A DNA stretch of 64,000 bases, taken from Pirellulales bacterium (lineage in GTDB: Bacteria > Planctomycetota > Planctomycetia > Pirellulales > JBBDJB01). The stretch is taken from NCBI GenBank assembly GCA_040880125.1, contig JBBDJB010000025.1:34268-98267 (forward strand), in the 5' to 3' direction. A model generated the notes under the pieces. That model was not told where the DNA came from, did no database searches, and saw nothing but the letters and a program-made list of their open reading frames with translations. Below are positions 27,998 to 37,336 of this stretch, one piece after another; position 1 is the stretch's first letter, and the number at the start of each line of letters is the position of its first letter. Position numbers and translations under genes: made by a program.

Positions 27998-28216
27998 TGT
28001 CACGCCGGCGGTGCAGACCAGGGGATGAAGCCGCCGGGAGTACCGCAAGTACCGCTGCGCCGGCCGATACTGCTACTATAGAGCGGCCGGGCGCTCCGCG
28101 AATCCCTAGTATATTAGTGGAGTTTAATCCAAGAAGTTTGTTGTACTTTCGGTGTTGTTCTGTTTACGATGGCCCCCAAAGGTCGCTTTTTACATCTAGC
28201 TGTGGGGGTTGTTCTA

Positions 28217-28888
28217 ATGAACCGCACTCGAATTCGACTCGCCATTGGTTGCCTGCTCTTGGTATGGGGAACCTCGGCTCGCGGGGAGCAAATCCTCGCC
28301 ACCCTCGTCGCGCCCGCCACGGATTTTGGCAGCCCGGGATTAGGCGTATTCGACGTGCAAGAGGTCGACCTCTTCATCGACCCTGCCGCGACAAATTGGA
28401 TCGCCTGGAATCGATTCGACGCGGTCATTGCCACCACGCCGCTGCGTCCCGGCGAGTTTCTGCTGGGAAACAACGCCACGGAAATCGATGACTTCTTTTC
28501 GCTGACCATCACCAATCCCGATGGCGCGACTTCAACCGCTTCCTACGACCGAAACGGCTCCTTTGGTGCGCCGATCGGTCAACAAGCGGTTATCTTCGGC
28601 TTAGCCGATATAACACCCGACGTCCTGCGGGGAGACAACTTTCGAACGCCGCAAGTCTTTGATGAAGGTGGGCAGCAGAACGAGATTTTCACCCGCGCCG
28701 GCGTCTACAATTTCGAGCTCAGCTTTACCGACATCGGCACCCTGGCTTCCTATCCGGATGTCTATTTCTTGGTCTCGGTGCCAGAACCCTCCACGGTATC
28801 CTTGGCGGCGGTCGGCGCATGCATCGCCGGTGCGATGCTTTTGTCCAGGAGGCGATCGGCAAAGCGCCTCCACCGACGCACAAATTGA
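28217..28888 (+). CDS. PEP-CTERM sorting-signal protein
   Basis: Signal peptide MNRTRIRLAIGCLLLVWGTSARG. The C-terminus VPEPSTVSLAAVGACIAGAMLLSRRRSAKR gives PEP motif + TM + basic tail. Confidence 0.8.
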   Translation: MNRTRIRLAIGCLLLVWGTSARGEQILATLVAPATDFGSPGLGVFDVQEVDLFIDPAATNWIAWNRFDAVIATTPLRPGEFLLGNNATEIDDFFSLTITNPDGATSTASYDRNGSFGAPIGQQAVIFGLADITPDVLRGDNFRTPQVFDEGGQQNEIFTRAGVYNFELSFTDIGTLASYPDVYFLVSVPEPSTVSLAAVGACIAGAMLLSRRRSAKRLHRRTN

Positions 28889-28954
28889 CGGCTGCGTAGT
28901 ATTGCGTCGCCACGACGCTCACCAGGCAAGATCGTGTGCGCGAGTGCGCTGGCG

Positions 28955-29680
28955 CTACTCCCCCTCAAACGTCTCCCGCAGCGCTGCGGCCAAATCGCGA
29001 AGCGGCTGCTCGCCTTGCCCGCTGTAGGAGGAGCCGTGCATGATGGCCAGCGTTTGCGGCTGGAGGACGGATAGCCCGCGCAAGATGCCCTCGGTCTGGC
29101 GCGTGTACGGCATGTAGCCGGCCAGGGGACCGGCCTGCATCTGCTGCATCGCGCGGCGGCTCGGCTCGACCAGGTCGGACGTGGTCAGCGCCGCCACGTC
29201 GCCGAAGTGGTGGAACAGGTCGGAGCAGAAGAGCGTCTGCCGGGTTTCCTCGAACAGCACGCCCGCGTCCCAGCCGTGCGGAATGTGCGGCGAGCGATAG
29301 AAGCGGTACCGGTACTTGCCCGTGGTGAGCACGTCGTCCGCCGTCATGCCGAGCGCGGGCCGGATGGCGAAGTCGTCGACATTGACCAGCTTGCCGACCA
29401 GTGTGCAGACGGGCTGGGCCTGCGGGGCGATCCGCAGCCAGTCGTTCAGCGCGCCGCATTCGTCCGACTCGAAGTGGCTCCAGGCGATGTGGCGGAGCGT
29501 GGCCGGATCGATCAACGTGGCGACCGCGTCACGCAGCGCCGGGAACATCGCCCGCAGGCCCGTGTGAAACAGCAGCGGCTCCTCATCGCGCACCAGGAAG
29601 TGATTGAACTGCATATCGAGCGGCGGGACGTAGATCGAGAGCCGGAACAGATCGGGGGCGATTTCGTCGATGGTGGCCAT
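28955..29680 (-). CDS. MBL-fold metallo-hydrolase-like protein (ODP/flavodiiron-type lactamase domain)
   Basis: Start placed at the ATG (complement of 29678-29680), giving [43 protein letters not shown] resembles the H.E.DH.G metal motif. The longer ORF to 29932 would read through a heptamer repeat and into the GT gene. Confidence 0.75.
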   Translation of the reverse strand: MATIDEIAPDLFRLSIYVPPLDMQFNHFLVRDEEPLLFHTGLRAMFPALRDAVATLIDPATLRHIAWSHFESDECGALNDWLRIAPQAQPVCTLVGKLVNVDDFAIRPALGMTADDVLTTGKYRYRFYRSPHIPHGWDAGVLFEETRQTLFCSDLFHHFGDVAALTTSDLVEPSRRAMQQMQAGPLAGYMPYTRQTEGILRGLSVLQPQTLAIMHGSSYSGQGEQPLRDLAAALRETFEGE

Positions 29681-29683
29681 GTG

Positions 29684-29730
29684 CGGGGTTCGGGGTTCGG
29701 GGTTCGGGGTTCGGGGTTCGGGGTGCGGGG
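29684..29730. repeat. tandem heptanucleotide repeat (CGGGGTT)x5 + CGGGGTG + CGGGG
   Basis: Read directly from the sequence. It gives seven GGGG runs on the + strand (C-rich on the mRNA-sense strand of the MBL gene). It begins 4 nt upstream of that gene's start codon, and the unit length is not a multiple of 3. Confidence 0.95.
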
Positions 29731-29813
29731 CAGCCGACGCGTGTCGATTCCGTCGCGGCCGCCCGCTGAGGCTCGATGCACGGCCGGGTTTTTGCGTCGC
29801 GATACTCCCCGCG

Positions 29814-31094
29814 CTATCGCGTAGATTTCTGTTGAAGCACATTTTCCAGCGCATCGCAAGCGCGCTGAACGCCGCGCTCTTGGAGGACTTGCTGCCGGAT
29901 GCGAGATGCTCGCTCCGCATAGGCGGGATCATCGAGCAAGCGACTCAGTTCCGCCGCCGCGCGCTGCGGCGTGTAGCGGCCTTTGGTAAGCGTGCGAGCG
30001 ATGCCCAGCCGAGTGGCGCGATGGGCATGATCCGGTTGGTCCCACGCGTGAGGAACCACGAGCATCGGCCGGCCCGACCGCATGGCGTGGGCCGTCGTGC
30101 CGACTCCTCCGTGATGGACGATTGCCGCAGCCCGTGGAAACAGCTCCGCGTAAGGTGCGTATGGTGCGGCGATCACGCCCGGCGGCAGTGAAGTTAAGCA
30201 GTTGTGGCTCTGGCGGCCCACGATGAGGACTGCGCGGCGGTTCAAGATCTTCGCGCATCTCGCGCTCTGTTCGAAGAACGAGCCGGCGTGCCCGGAGACG
30301 GCCGAGCCGAGCGTGAAGACGATCGGCGGAGGCCCTTCCTCCAGAAAACTGGCTACCGACTCAGGCAGCGCTGCCTGGGTAGGTTCCTCGTAGAACGGAA
30401 AGCCGGTGAGGATCGTCTGCCGAGGCCAATCGGGCTGCCGTTCTGCGAGCAGACTGGAAAACAGCGCCAGAACCAGCAGCGGCGAGTGACTATCGAAGAG
30501 CGGATTGCCATCGGTCACCGGCGGGAGGCCGAGCTTCTTCCGCAGCCGGTACCAGTCTCTGCCAATGAATCGCGTGGCACGTTTTCCGAACCAGAGCAGC
30601 GGCCTCCACAATGCCGGACCGGCGACCCGCAGCTTGCGCGAGAGCAGCGGAGCGACATCGAGTACCGGCGGGTCGTGTGCGGACAAGAACACCAGCGGGA
30701 TGTGTACTGCCGAGACCCACGGGATCGCCGTCTTTTCTGCCACCAAACGCGCGGCGTAACTGGCGTGCATGGCGACGAGCAGGTCCGCACCTCGGGCTGC
30801 CGTCAGCGTGTCCTCATACGTTTCCGCAAGCGCTGGCATCACCAACTCGCGGCCGACGCGCAGCAAACCCCAGCGTGGATGGCTAAGCCGTCGAACCGCA
30901 TCGCCGTCCTGCAGCCAATCGCAGTCCGGACGCACCGAGCGGAACTCAAGCCCTAGCGACTCGACCTTTTCCCGATAGCACGGGCTGGTGGCCATAACCG
31001 CCTGGTGACCGCGCCGGTGCAACTCGAGGGCGATCGCCAGGTAAGGGTGCAGGTCGCCCAACGAACCCCAGGTCGTGATGACAATTCGGCTCAT
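29814..31094 (-). CDS. GT1-family glycosyltransferase (UDP-glucuronosyl/MGT/rhamnosyltransferase-like)
   Basis: [33 protein letters not shown] and [31 protein letters not shown] match the GT-B donor-binding signature. Confidence 0.85.
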   Translation of the reverse strand: MSRIVITTWGSLGDLHPYLAIALELHRRGHQAVMATSPCYREKVESLGLEFRSVRPDCDWLQDGDAVRRLSHPRWGLLRVGRELVMPALAETYEDTLTAARGADLLVAMHASYAARLVAEKTAIPWVSAVHIPLVFLSAHDPPVLDVAPLLSRKLRVAGPALWRPLLWFGKRATRFIGRDWYRLRKKLGLPPVTDGNPLFDSHSPLLVLALFSSLLAERQPDWPRQTILTGFPFYEEPTQAALPESVASFLEEGPPPIVFTLGSAVSGHAGSFFEQSARCAKILNRRAVLIVGRQSHNCLTSLPPGVIAAPYAPYAELFPRAAAIVHHGGVGTTAHAMRSGRPMLVVPHAWDQPDHAHRATRLGIARTLTKGRYTPQRAAAELSRLLDDPAYAERASRIRQQVLQERGVQRACDALENVLQQKSTR

Positions 31095-31333
31095 GCCAGA
31101 AGTCTCACCGTTGGGGTATGAAGCCAGCCCGGCGATTGCTGAGAGACCCCGATTTCTAGCGAAGTATAGCCGCCAGGTAGCGACATTGGCATTGTTTTAC
31201 GACAAGCGGCAGGGCTCATTGACAATAATGCTGGCTCACCGACGAAAGATATACAGGCCGTCCTCACTTGCTTCGCAGGCGGGGAGAGGACCAGCCCTAC
31301 TGATCCCGAGAGCTCCAATTGCACAGAGACTCC

Positions 31334-31888
31334 ATGAACGCAGCGCCCACGACCAGCACTACGAACGACTCTGTCCGCTTTGATCCAACCGCGATCACGC
31401 GGCCTGACCCCACCTTGCTGCAGTACTACCTTGTCATCTCTCTGCTGACGCTCGTCGGCTTCCCGTTCGTCTTTTTGCCGCTGCTTTTCAAATACTACAC
31501 ATTGAAGTACCGTTTCGACGACAGCGGCATTTCGATGAGTTGGGGAATTCTCTTCCGCCGCGAGATCCACTTGACGTACCGCCGAATTCAGGACATCCAT
31601 CTGACGCGCAATCTGATTCAGCGCTGGATGGGATTGGCAACGGTCGGGGTTCAAACGGCTTCGGGTAGCGCCGGGCCGGAGATGAGCATCGAAGGCGTTC
31701 TGCAGGCGGAACAACTCCGCGACTTCCTGTACGCGGAGATGCGCGGAGCGAAAGCGGAGGCGAGTTCGGATCTCCCGGCCACGGGCGACGCGCGGGATGC
31801 CCAAGCGACGGACGACGAGGCGCTCTCTCTATTGCGAGAGATCCGCGACGAACTGCGTCGGCTGGCGGAAGGGAAGGGCGGGCTATGA
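31334..31888 (+). CDS. bacterial PH-domain membrane protein (YdbS-like)
   Basis: Two TM helices followed by YYTLKYRFDDSGISMSWGILFRREIHLTYRRIQDIHLTRNLIQRWMGLATVGVQTASG. ATG at 31334 is preferred over the TTG at 31319. Confidence 0.75.
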   Translation: MNAAPTTSTTNDSVRFDPTAITRPDPTLLQYYLVISLLTLVGFPFVFLPLLFKYYTLKYRFDDSGISMSWGILFRREIHLTYRRIQDIHLTRNLIQRWMGLATVGVQTASGSAGPEMSIEGVLQAEQLRDFLYAEMRGAKAEASSDLPATGDARDAQATDDEALSLLREIRDELRRLAEGKGGL

Positions 31889-32640
31889 GCGGCCGGGTCG
31901 AACAGGTGTCGCAGTGGTGCTATCGGGGCGTGTGGGGCGTACTCACTCGCTGGTTTCGTGTTCCGGATCGACCGCCGACGCTGCCCTCGCTGTCGGGGGA
32001 GAAAATCACGTCGTTCCAGCCGGATCGCGGATTCCTACGGTATCTGCTCTTGCAATTCTGGATCGCTCTGGTGGTGATCGACGGAGTGATTCTTGTCGGT
32101 TGGCTCGTCATCACGATTGCGTCTCCGATTGTGGGCGCGATCCTCTTCGTACCTGCGTTGATCCTGGCCATCGTGCCCGACATCGTCGCCTACCTGGCGG
32201 TTCATCTGCGATTCGATACCACATGGTACGTGATGGGAGACCGAAGCCTGCGAATCCGTCGCGGGATTTGGGTGATCCACGAGACCACGTTGACGTTCGA
32301 AAACGTGCAAAACGTTTCGGTCCGTCAAGGTCCGGTGCAACGTTACTTCGGCATTTCGAATCTGCTTGTAGATACTGCCGGAGGGGGCCAATCGCAGGCC
32401 GGCCCGCACGGCGTGCAAGCCATGACCGCTCATCGTGGCCTGATCGAAGGGATTGCGGACGCCCAGCGGATTCGGGATTTGATCATGAAGCAGTTGCGCA
32501 AGTCGCGCTCGGCCGGTTTGGGCGACGAAGGGGACCTGCCCCATGCGGGGCGGAGTTGGGCCGCGGCTCACCTATCTGCACTGCGAGAAGTTCGCGACGC
32601 GGTGCGTGCCCTGCCACCGCCGGCAACGCCGAGCTCCTGA
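31885..32640 (+). CDS. bacterial PH-domain membrane protein (YdbT-like)
   Basis: ATGA overlap with the upstream gene. Carries YVMGDRSLRIRRGIWVIHETTLTFENVQNVSVRQGPVQRYFGISNLLVDTAGG. Confidence 0.75.
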   Translation: MSGRVEQVSQWCYRGVWGVLTRWFRVPDRPPTLPSLSGEKITSFQPDRGFLRYLLLQFWIALVVIDGVILVGWLVITIASPIVGAILFVPALILAIVPDIVAYLAVHLRFDTTWYVMGDRSLRIRRGIWVIHETTLTFENVQNVSVRQGPVQRYFGISNLLVDTAGGGQSQAGPHGVQAMTAHRGLIEGIADAQRIRDLIMKQLRKSRSAGLGDEGDLPHAGRSWAAAHLSALREVRDAVRALPPPATPSS

Positions 32641-32691
32641 AGCACAAACAGTCGTGACGCGGGAGTGCCGCCCCCGAGCACCTTGGGTCGA

Positions 32692-34020
32692 CTACTCCGG
32701 GCATCCAAACTCCCGCAGCACGATGCCCGCGACGTCGACGTCGCGCAAGGCGTCGCTGCCGAGGACGCCGGGCTTTGAACTGAGCAGCACGCCGCGCTGG
32801 CTGGCGTCGTGGGCCGGCGCTCCGTGCGAGCCGCGGGTGAGCGTGGCGTCCAGCGGGATGCTGCGGGTCGCCATGTCCAGGTGCATCTCGACGGGGTCGT
32901 AGCCCGGCTTGCGGTGGATGTCGACCGTGCGGGCAAAACTTGGCGCCTGCGCGTCGTCCAGCCACCAGTAGTAGGCCTGCCAACTGTTCGGCTCGGAGAT
33001 GAGCACCAACTCGCCGCTGCGGGCGTGGTTAAGATGGTACTTCGAAAGGCCGTCTCCTTGAAGCACCTCCGCCACCCCTTCGCGGCCCTCGAACAACCCG
33101 GCAACCTGGGCGATAACCTGCGGATCGGCATCGCGGACGAAGACGTGCGAGAACTGGTGATCGACCAGCGCCCAGGCGCGGCTGCCGGCCAGATCGAGAT
33201 GCTCGCCGTCCTCGTCGCGGCGGACTTGCAAAAGACCGGCGTCTCGAAGCAAGCGGTTGGGATACAGCACGTGATCGACCGGGACGATCGTGTACTCGCT
33301 GGCGGCCAGCCAGAACAGTTCCGCTTCGGCGTAGCTCTCCGCGAAGCCGGTAGCCATACGGGCGATCACCTCGTCCAACTCGGTCAGGGCGGTCAGCGCC
33401 TGTTCGCTGTCCGGGCCGAGCTTCTGCGCGGCGTAGTCCAGATGCGTCAGATAGATGTAGAAGAATCGCGGCCGCCACCGCTGCGCGGCGACCACGGCCG
33501 AGTCCGCGATCCAGGCGGTGGCCTTGATGTTGGCCAAGGGGCCCCAGAAGTGTTGCAGCGGGAAGTGGCCCATCTGGTCGCGCAGCTCGCCGTACAGCGA
33601 CTCGGGCCGGGTGTAGCACCACAGCGACTCGCTGCCGTCGGGGTTATGAATCGGCGCCGGCGTGCAGATCGTGTCCGCCCCGCAGCCCTTGCTGTGCATG
33701 GGAAACCACACGGCCGAGGTGAGCTGCGGATCGCGCTGGTGCAGCAGGTCCCAAATCTGCGGCCTCGTGATGCAGTCGTTCCAGGCGGTCCACATCTCGA
33801 CTTCGCCGCGGTCGCGCCAGTAGAAGCCGTTGGCCACCACGCCGTGCGCGTTGGGAAGCGCACCGGTGGTCATGTTCGCCTGCACAGGGCAAGTGACCGC
33901 CGGAAAGCTGGGCGTGAGCGTTGCCTGCTCGGCGCCACACAGCGCCGCCAGGCGCGGCATGCGGGCGAGATCCTGCCGGCGGAGTCCGGGAATCGACAAC
34001 AGCACAACGGACTGGGTCAT
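32692..34020 (-). CDS. alkaline-phosphatase-superfamily enzyme (type I phosphodiesterase / nucleotide pyrophosphatase family)
   Basis: [14 protein letters not shown]...[36 protein letters not shown] contains the nucleophile Thr motif region of the ENPP/AP family. Confidence 0.85.
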   Translation of the reverse strand: MTQSVVLLSIPGLRRQDLARMPRLAALCGAEQATLTPSFPAVTCPVQANMTTGALPNAHGVVANGFYWRDRGEVEMWTAWNDCITRPQIWDLLHQRDPQLTSAVWFPMHSKGCGADTICTPAPIHNPDGSESLWCYTRPESLYGELRDQMGHFPLQHFWGPLANIKATAWIADSAVVAAQRWRPRFFYIYLTHLDYAAQKLGPDSEQALTALTELDEVIARMATGFAESYAEAELFWLAASEYTIVPVDHVLYPNRLLRDAGLLQVRRDEDGEHLDLAGSRAWALVDHQFSHVFVRDADPQVIAQVAGLFEGREGVAEVLQGDGLSKYHLNHARSGELVLISEPNSWQAYYWWLDDAQAPSFARTVDIHRKPGYDPVEMHLDMATRSIPLDATLTRGSHGAPAHDASQRGVLLSSKPGVLGSDALRDVDVAGIVLREFGCPE

Positions 34021-34212
34021 CGGGGCGGCGATCCGTGCTGGGCGAGAAGCGGCTGGAGAAACGCGGCGGCCTGCGGACCTTCGTGGCTGTGCCGGCTAAG
34101 CTCGACGTACAGCCCGCCATCATAGCCGACCTCGGCCAGCGCGGCGACGACCGGCGTTACCTTCGCCGCGAGGCGTTACGACGCACACCTGCTACCAGCC
34201 AGCCCCTTTTAC

Positions 34213-35187
34213 TCACGTCGAGTAAATCCACCGGCCGATCAGCATGGCCGGAATGGTCAACAGCAACACCATCACGGCCCAAAAGCTGCCGCGCACCGCG
34301 AAGACCACCACCGCGTCGAGCAGGATCAGCGAGAGGATGCAGTGCTTCACCGCGGCCTGCACGTTGCCGGGGCTGGGCGTGATCACCGCCCGTACGCATC
34401 GCCACGCGATCAGCACGGCGATCAATCCCCAGAACACGAACCACCGCGAGATCGGCACGATGATGCGGCGGTCCCAGTTGGGCAGCCAAGCCAACAGCGC
34501 AATGCCGGCCAGCAGCACGAGCGTGGCCAGTGCGAGTTGCCACCGCCCGCTGGTGACGGCCTCGCGCCGGGCGAACCACGTGACGCCAACGATATAGACG
34601 CCGATGCCGGCGGCCACCAGCCAGTGCGCGGTCTGCCACGGCAGCGGCGTGCCCAGCAGCGGATCGACGGCCAGGCTCATGCCGAGTAGCACGTTCAAAA
34701 AGCGGCATCCCCCCATGGCGACCGGACCCAGCGGGGTGCGCTTTAGGCCCGCGTCGTAGGCGAGCACGCACAGCGCCAGTGCACTGGCCACAATGCCGGC
34801 GCGCAGATCGCCGGCGAAGAAGCTGGCCAGCCACCCCAGCGCGGCTCCAAGAATCAGCAGTTCAAAGCCGAGCCACCGCGCGACGAACAGCGAGACGCGG
34901 CCCGAGGGTATCGGGCGGCTGGGCCGCTCCTGGCGATCGACCTCCACGTCGAACACGTCGTTGAGCACCATGCCGGCGGTGTAGAGCAGGCACGAGGCGG
35001 CGAATAGAAGAAAAAACAGCCCCGCCGGCTGGAGCGTGGGGTGCGTGAATAGAAAGCCCATCATCACGTCGGCGACCGCCGTGAAGATGTTCGGCAGGCG
35101 GAACAGTTGCAGATATGCCTGCGCGCGCGAACCGCCCACGCTCGCGGACGCAGGCTTCGCACGGGCAGTGGACTGGCTGCCGTTCAC
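34213..35187 (-). CDS. UbiA-family aromatic prenyltransferase
   Basis: YLQLFRLPNIFTAVADVMMGF and the NDVFDVEVDRQERPSRPIPSG motif (NDxxDxxxD), with ~8 TM segments. Start set at the GTG (complement of 35185-35187), which forms a GTGA overlap with the upstream stop. The longer ORF to 35475 would overlap the epimerase by ~290 nt. Confidence 0.8.
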   Translation of the reverse strand: MNGSQSTARAKPASASVGGSRAQAYLQLFRLPNIFTAVADVMMGFLFTHPTLQPAGLFFLLFAASCLLYTAGMVLNDVFDVEVDRQERPSRPIPSGRVSLFVARWLGFELLILGAALGWLASFFAGDLRAGIVASALALCVLAYDAGLKRTPLGPVAMGGCRFLNVLLGMSLAVDPLLGTPLPWQTAHWLVAAGIGVYIVGVTWFARREAVTSGRWQLALATLVLLAGIALLAWLPNWDRRIIVPISRWFVFWGLIAVLIAWRCVRAVITPSPGNVQAAVKHCILSLILLDAVVVFAVRGSFWAVMVLLLTIPAMLIGRWIYST

Positions 35188-36215
35188 AACAGTCGCACCC
35201 CGTTTCCATTCTCCTGGGCGTAATGGACGATCCCCCGCTCGATCCGCACACCGCTGGCCACGTCCTCGGCCAACAGCAGCGGCCCGTCCATGTCCACGTA
35301 GTCGAGCAGCGGCAACAACTGCGCGATGGCCGAGATGCCTACGGTCGACTCGGTCATGCAGCCGACCATCGTTCGCAAACCGAGCGACCGTGCCTCGTCG
35401 ATCATCCGCCGCGCAGGCGTCATCCCCCCGCACTTGACGAGCTTGACGTTTACTCCGTGAAAATATTCCGCGCACTTCGCCACGTCGGGCTCGGCAATAC
35501 AGCTTTCGTCGGCGATCACCGGCAGCGAGGTTTCGGCATAAACGCGCCGCATGCCGTCCGTATCTTCCGGCGGCAGCGGCTGCTCGATGAACTGGACGTT
35601 CAGCTCGGCCAACTGTCGCGACTTCTCGATCGCCTCGTCGGCCGACCAGCCGCAGTTGGCATCAACGCGGAATATCGCGTCGGTGTGCTGCCGCAACTGG
35701 CGGACGATCTCGACGTCGTGAGGCGTGCCGAGCTTGATCTTGTAGACGGGAAAGTCCGGCATCTCCCGCAGCTTGGCGATCATTTTGTCCAACTCATCGA
35801 TACCGATCGTGTAGTCGGTTGGCGGCCGATGCTCGGGCAACAGCCCCCACAGCCGATACACCGGTTGCCCTAGCCGCTTCCCCCACAGATCGTGTGCCGC
35901 CTGATCGAGGGCACACTGGGCAAACGGCTGAGATGCCAGGTCGGGCTGCATGGCTTGCCAGAAGTCGGCCGGCCAGGTGATAGTTCCGTCCTCGCTCGGC
36001 TCGATGGCTTCAATCTTTGCCCGGGCCGAGTCCAGTGCCGCCGTGATCGCTTCGATCGTCGCCCCGTAGTAGTCGGTCTCGGGCGCTTCGCCGTAGCCGG
36101 AGTGGACGCCGTCGGACAGCTCGACAACGAGCGTCCGCTGCACGTGGGTTGTGCCGCGCGCGATCGTGAATGCGTGACGCAGGGCCAGATCGAAACGGTG
36201 CAGCGTCATTTTCAT
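35184..36215 (-). CDS. enolase-superfamily dipeptide epimerase (L-Ala-D/L-Glu epimerase-like)
   Basis: Start MKMTLHRF forms an ATGA overlap with the DUF1611 stop. Motifs YKIKLG, RVDANCGW, IEQPL, IADES and NVKLVKCGG are the MLE-subgroup catalytic pattern. Confidence 0.8.
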   Translation of the reverse strand: MKMTLHRFDLALRHAFTIARGTTHVQRTLVVELSDGVHSGYGEAPETDYYGATIEAITAALDSARAKIEAIEPSEDGTITWPADFWQAMQPDLASQPFAQCALDQAAHDLWGKRLGQPVYRLWGLLPEHRPPTDYTIGIDELDKMIAKLREMPDFPVYKIKLGTPHDVEIVRQLRQHTDAIFRVDANCGWSADEAIEKSRQLAELNVQFIEQPLPPEDTDGMRRVYAETSLPVIADESCIAEPDVAKCAEYFHGVNVKLVKCGGMTPARRMIDEARSLGLRTMVGCMTESTVGISAIAQLLPLLDYVDMDGPLLLAEDVASGVRIERGIVHYAQENGNGVRLL

Positions 36216-37249
36216 CGGACGATCTCCTCGCGGAGCCGCAAGACCGCCTGCACCAGGACGTCTGCCCCGTGGCGAAACACGTCGCATGCCGGCAGCCCCA
36301 GCTCGTCCGACGCTCGGTGGCACTCGTCATCCGCTTCGGTGGCCGACAGGCGGCGGCTGTTCACGGCGATGCCGATCGCCCGGCAGGGGTGCATGATGCC
36401 GGCCACCGTTTCGTAGATGCGGCGCAGCTCGGTCAAGGACGGCAGCGGAACGTGCTCCATGGCGGCTACCTGAGTGCGGCCTGCTTCGTAACAGAGCACT
36501 AGCCCGTCGGGCAGCGTGCCGTGCAGGATCCCCAGTGTGACGGCCGAGTAGCTGGGGTGAAACAGGCTGCCCTGTCCCTCGATCAGCAAAAAGTCGTGCT
36601 GCTGGTTAGCCAGCACAAGTTTCTCGGCGGCGCCGTTGATGAAGTCCGACACGACGCAGTCCAGCGGGCAGCCGTCGCCTTCGATCATGATGCCGGTCTG
36701 ACCGGTGGCGACGAACTTGGCGTTGTGCCCCGCGGCGGATAGTCCGCGCTGCAACTCGATGGCGGTGACCATCTTGCCGACGCTGCAATCGTGTCCCACG
36801 GTATGAATCCGCACGCAGCCCTGTCGAAAACCGGGCCGCTGGGCGATGTCGCGCTCGCGGTTCTTGCGGACGTCGTGGATAGTGACGCCGCGCTGCCGGG
36901 CCGCCTCGGCGAACTCGGCATCGTCGCTGATAAAGTCGTGCAGGCCCGAGACGATATTCATCCCGCGCGTGATGGCCTTCAGGATAACCGGCCGCCAGGC
37001 GTCGGGGATGCGACCGCCGCGCGGCGCGATTCCGATCAGCAGCGTGTCGGCCGACGGTGCTTCTTCCAGCGAGCCGACCACGGGAATTCCACCGCCCACG
37101 CCCAAGAGTGCCTGCGAGGTAACCCCGCGCTGGGTGCTGTCCAGCACGGCGACGACTTCATCGGTGCGATAGCGAATGACACTGGCCGCCGTCTTGGCGG
37201 TATGCGGATTAGTGTGCCCCTCGGTCAGGATGACGATCTTGCGCGTCAT
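36212..37249 (-). CDS. DUF1611 domain protein
   Basis: MTRKIVILTEGHTNPHTAKTAASVIRYRTDEVVAVLDS and a P-loop-like core match what I recall of DUF1611. This family is commonly next to dipeptide epimerases. Confidence 0.75.
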   Translation of the reverse strand: MTRKIVILTEGHTNPHTAKTAASVIRYRTDEVVAVLDSTQRGVTSQALLGVGGGIPVVGSLEEAPSADTLLIGIAPRGGRIPDAWRPVILKAITRGMNIVSGLHDFISDDAEFAEAARQRGVTIHDVRKNRERDIAQRPGFRQGCVRIHTVGHDCSVGKMVTAIELQRGLSAAGHNAKFVATGQTGIMIEGDGCPLDCVVSDFINGAAEKLVLANQQHDFLLIEGQGSLFHPSYSAVTLGILHGTLPDGLVLCYEAGRTQVAAMEHVPLPSLTELRRIYETVAGIMHPCRAIGIAVNSRRLSATEADDECHRASDELGLPACDVFRHGADVLVQAVLRLREEIVR

Positions 37250-37336
37250 GCGATTCTCTCACGGCGCCCGTATCTGAATTTCACCGAGTAGGGTCCGCAG
37301 CGGACGCTACGTGCCGGCGCCTCTTGCCGATGCAGT

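Noticed and set aside
29681-29932. N-terminal extension of the MBL-fold ORF encoding [16 protein letters not shown]
   Set aside because: It is the translation of the 7-nt tandem repeat. It would also overlap the 3' end of the glycosyltransferase gene. The conserved protein starts at MATIDE.
35188-35475. Longer version of the UbiA ORF starting at 35475
   Set aside because: It would overlap the epimerase gene by ~290 nt, and the extension is Arg/Ala/Gly-rich. The GTG at 35187 gives a classical GTGA coupling and a normal UbiA N-terminus.
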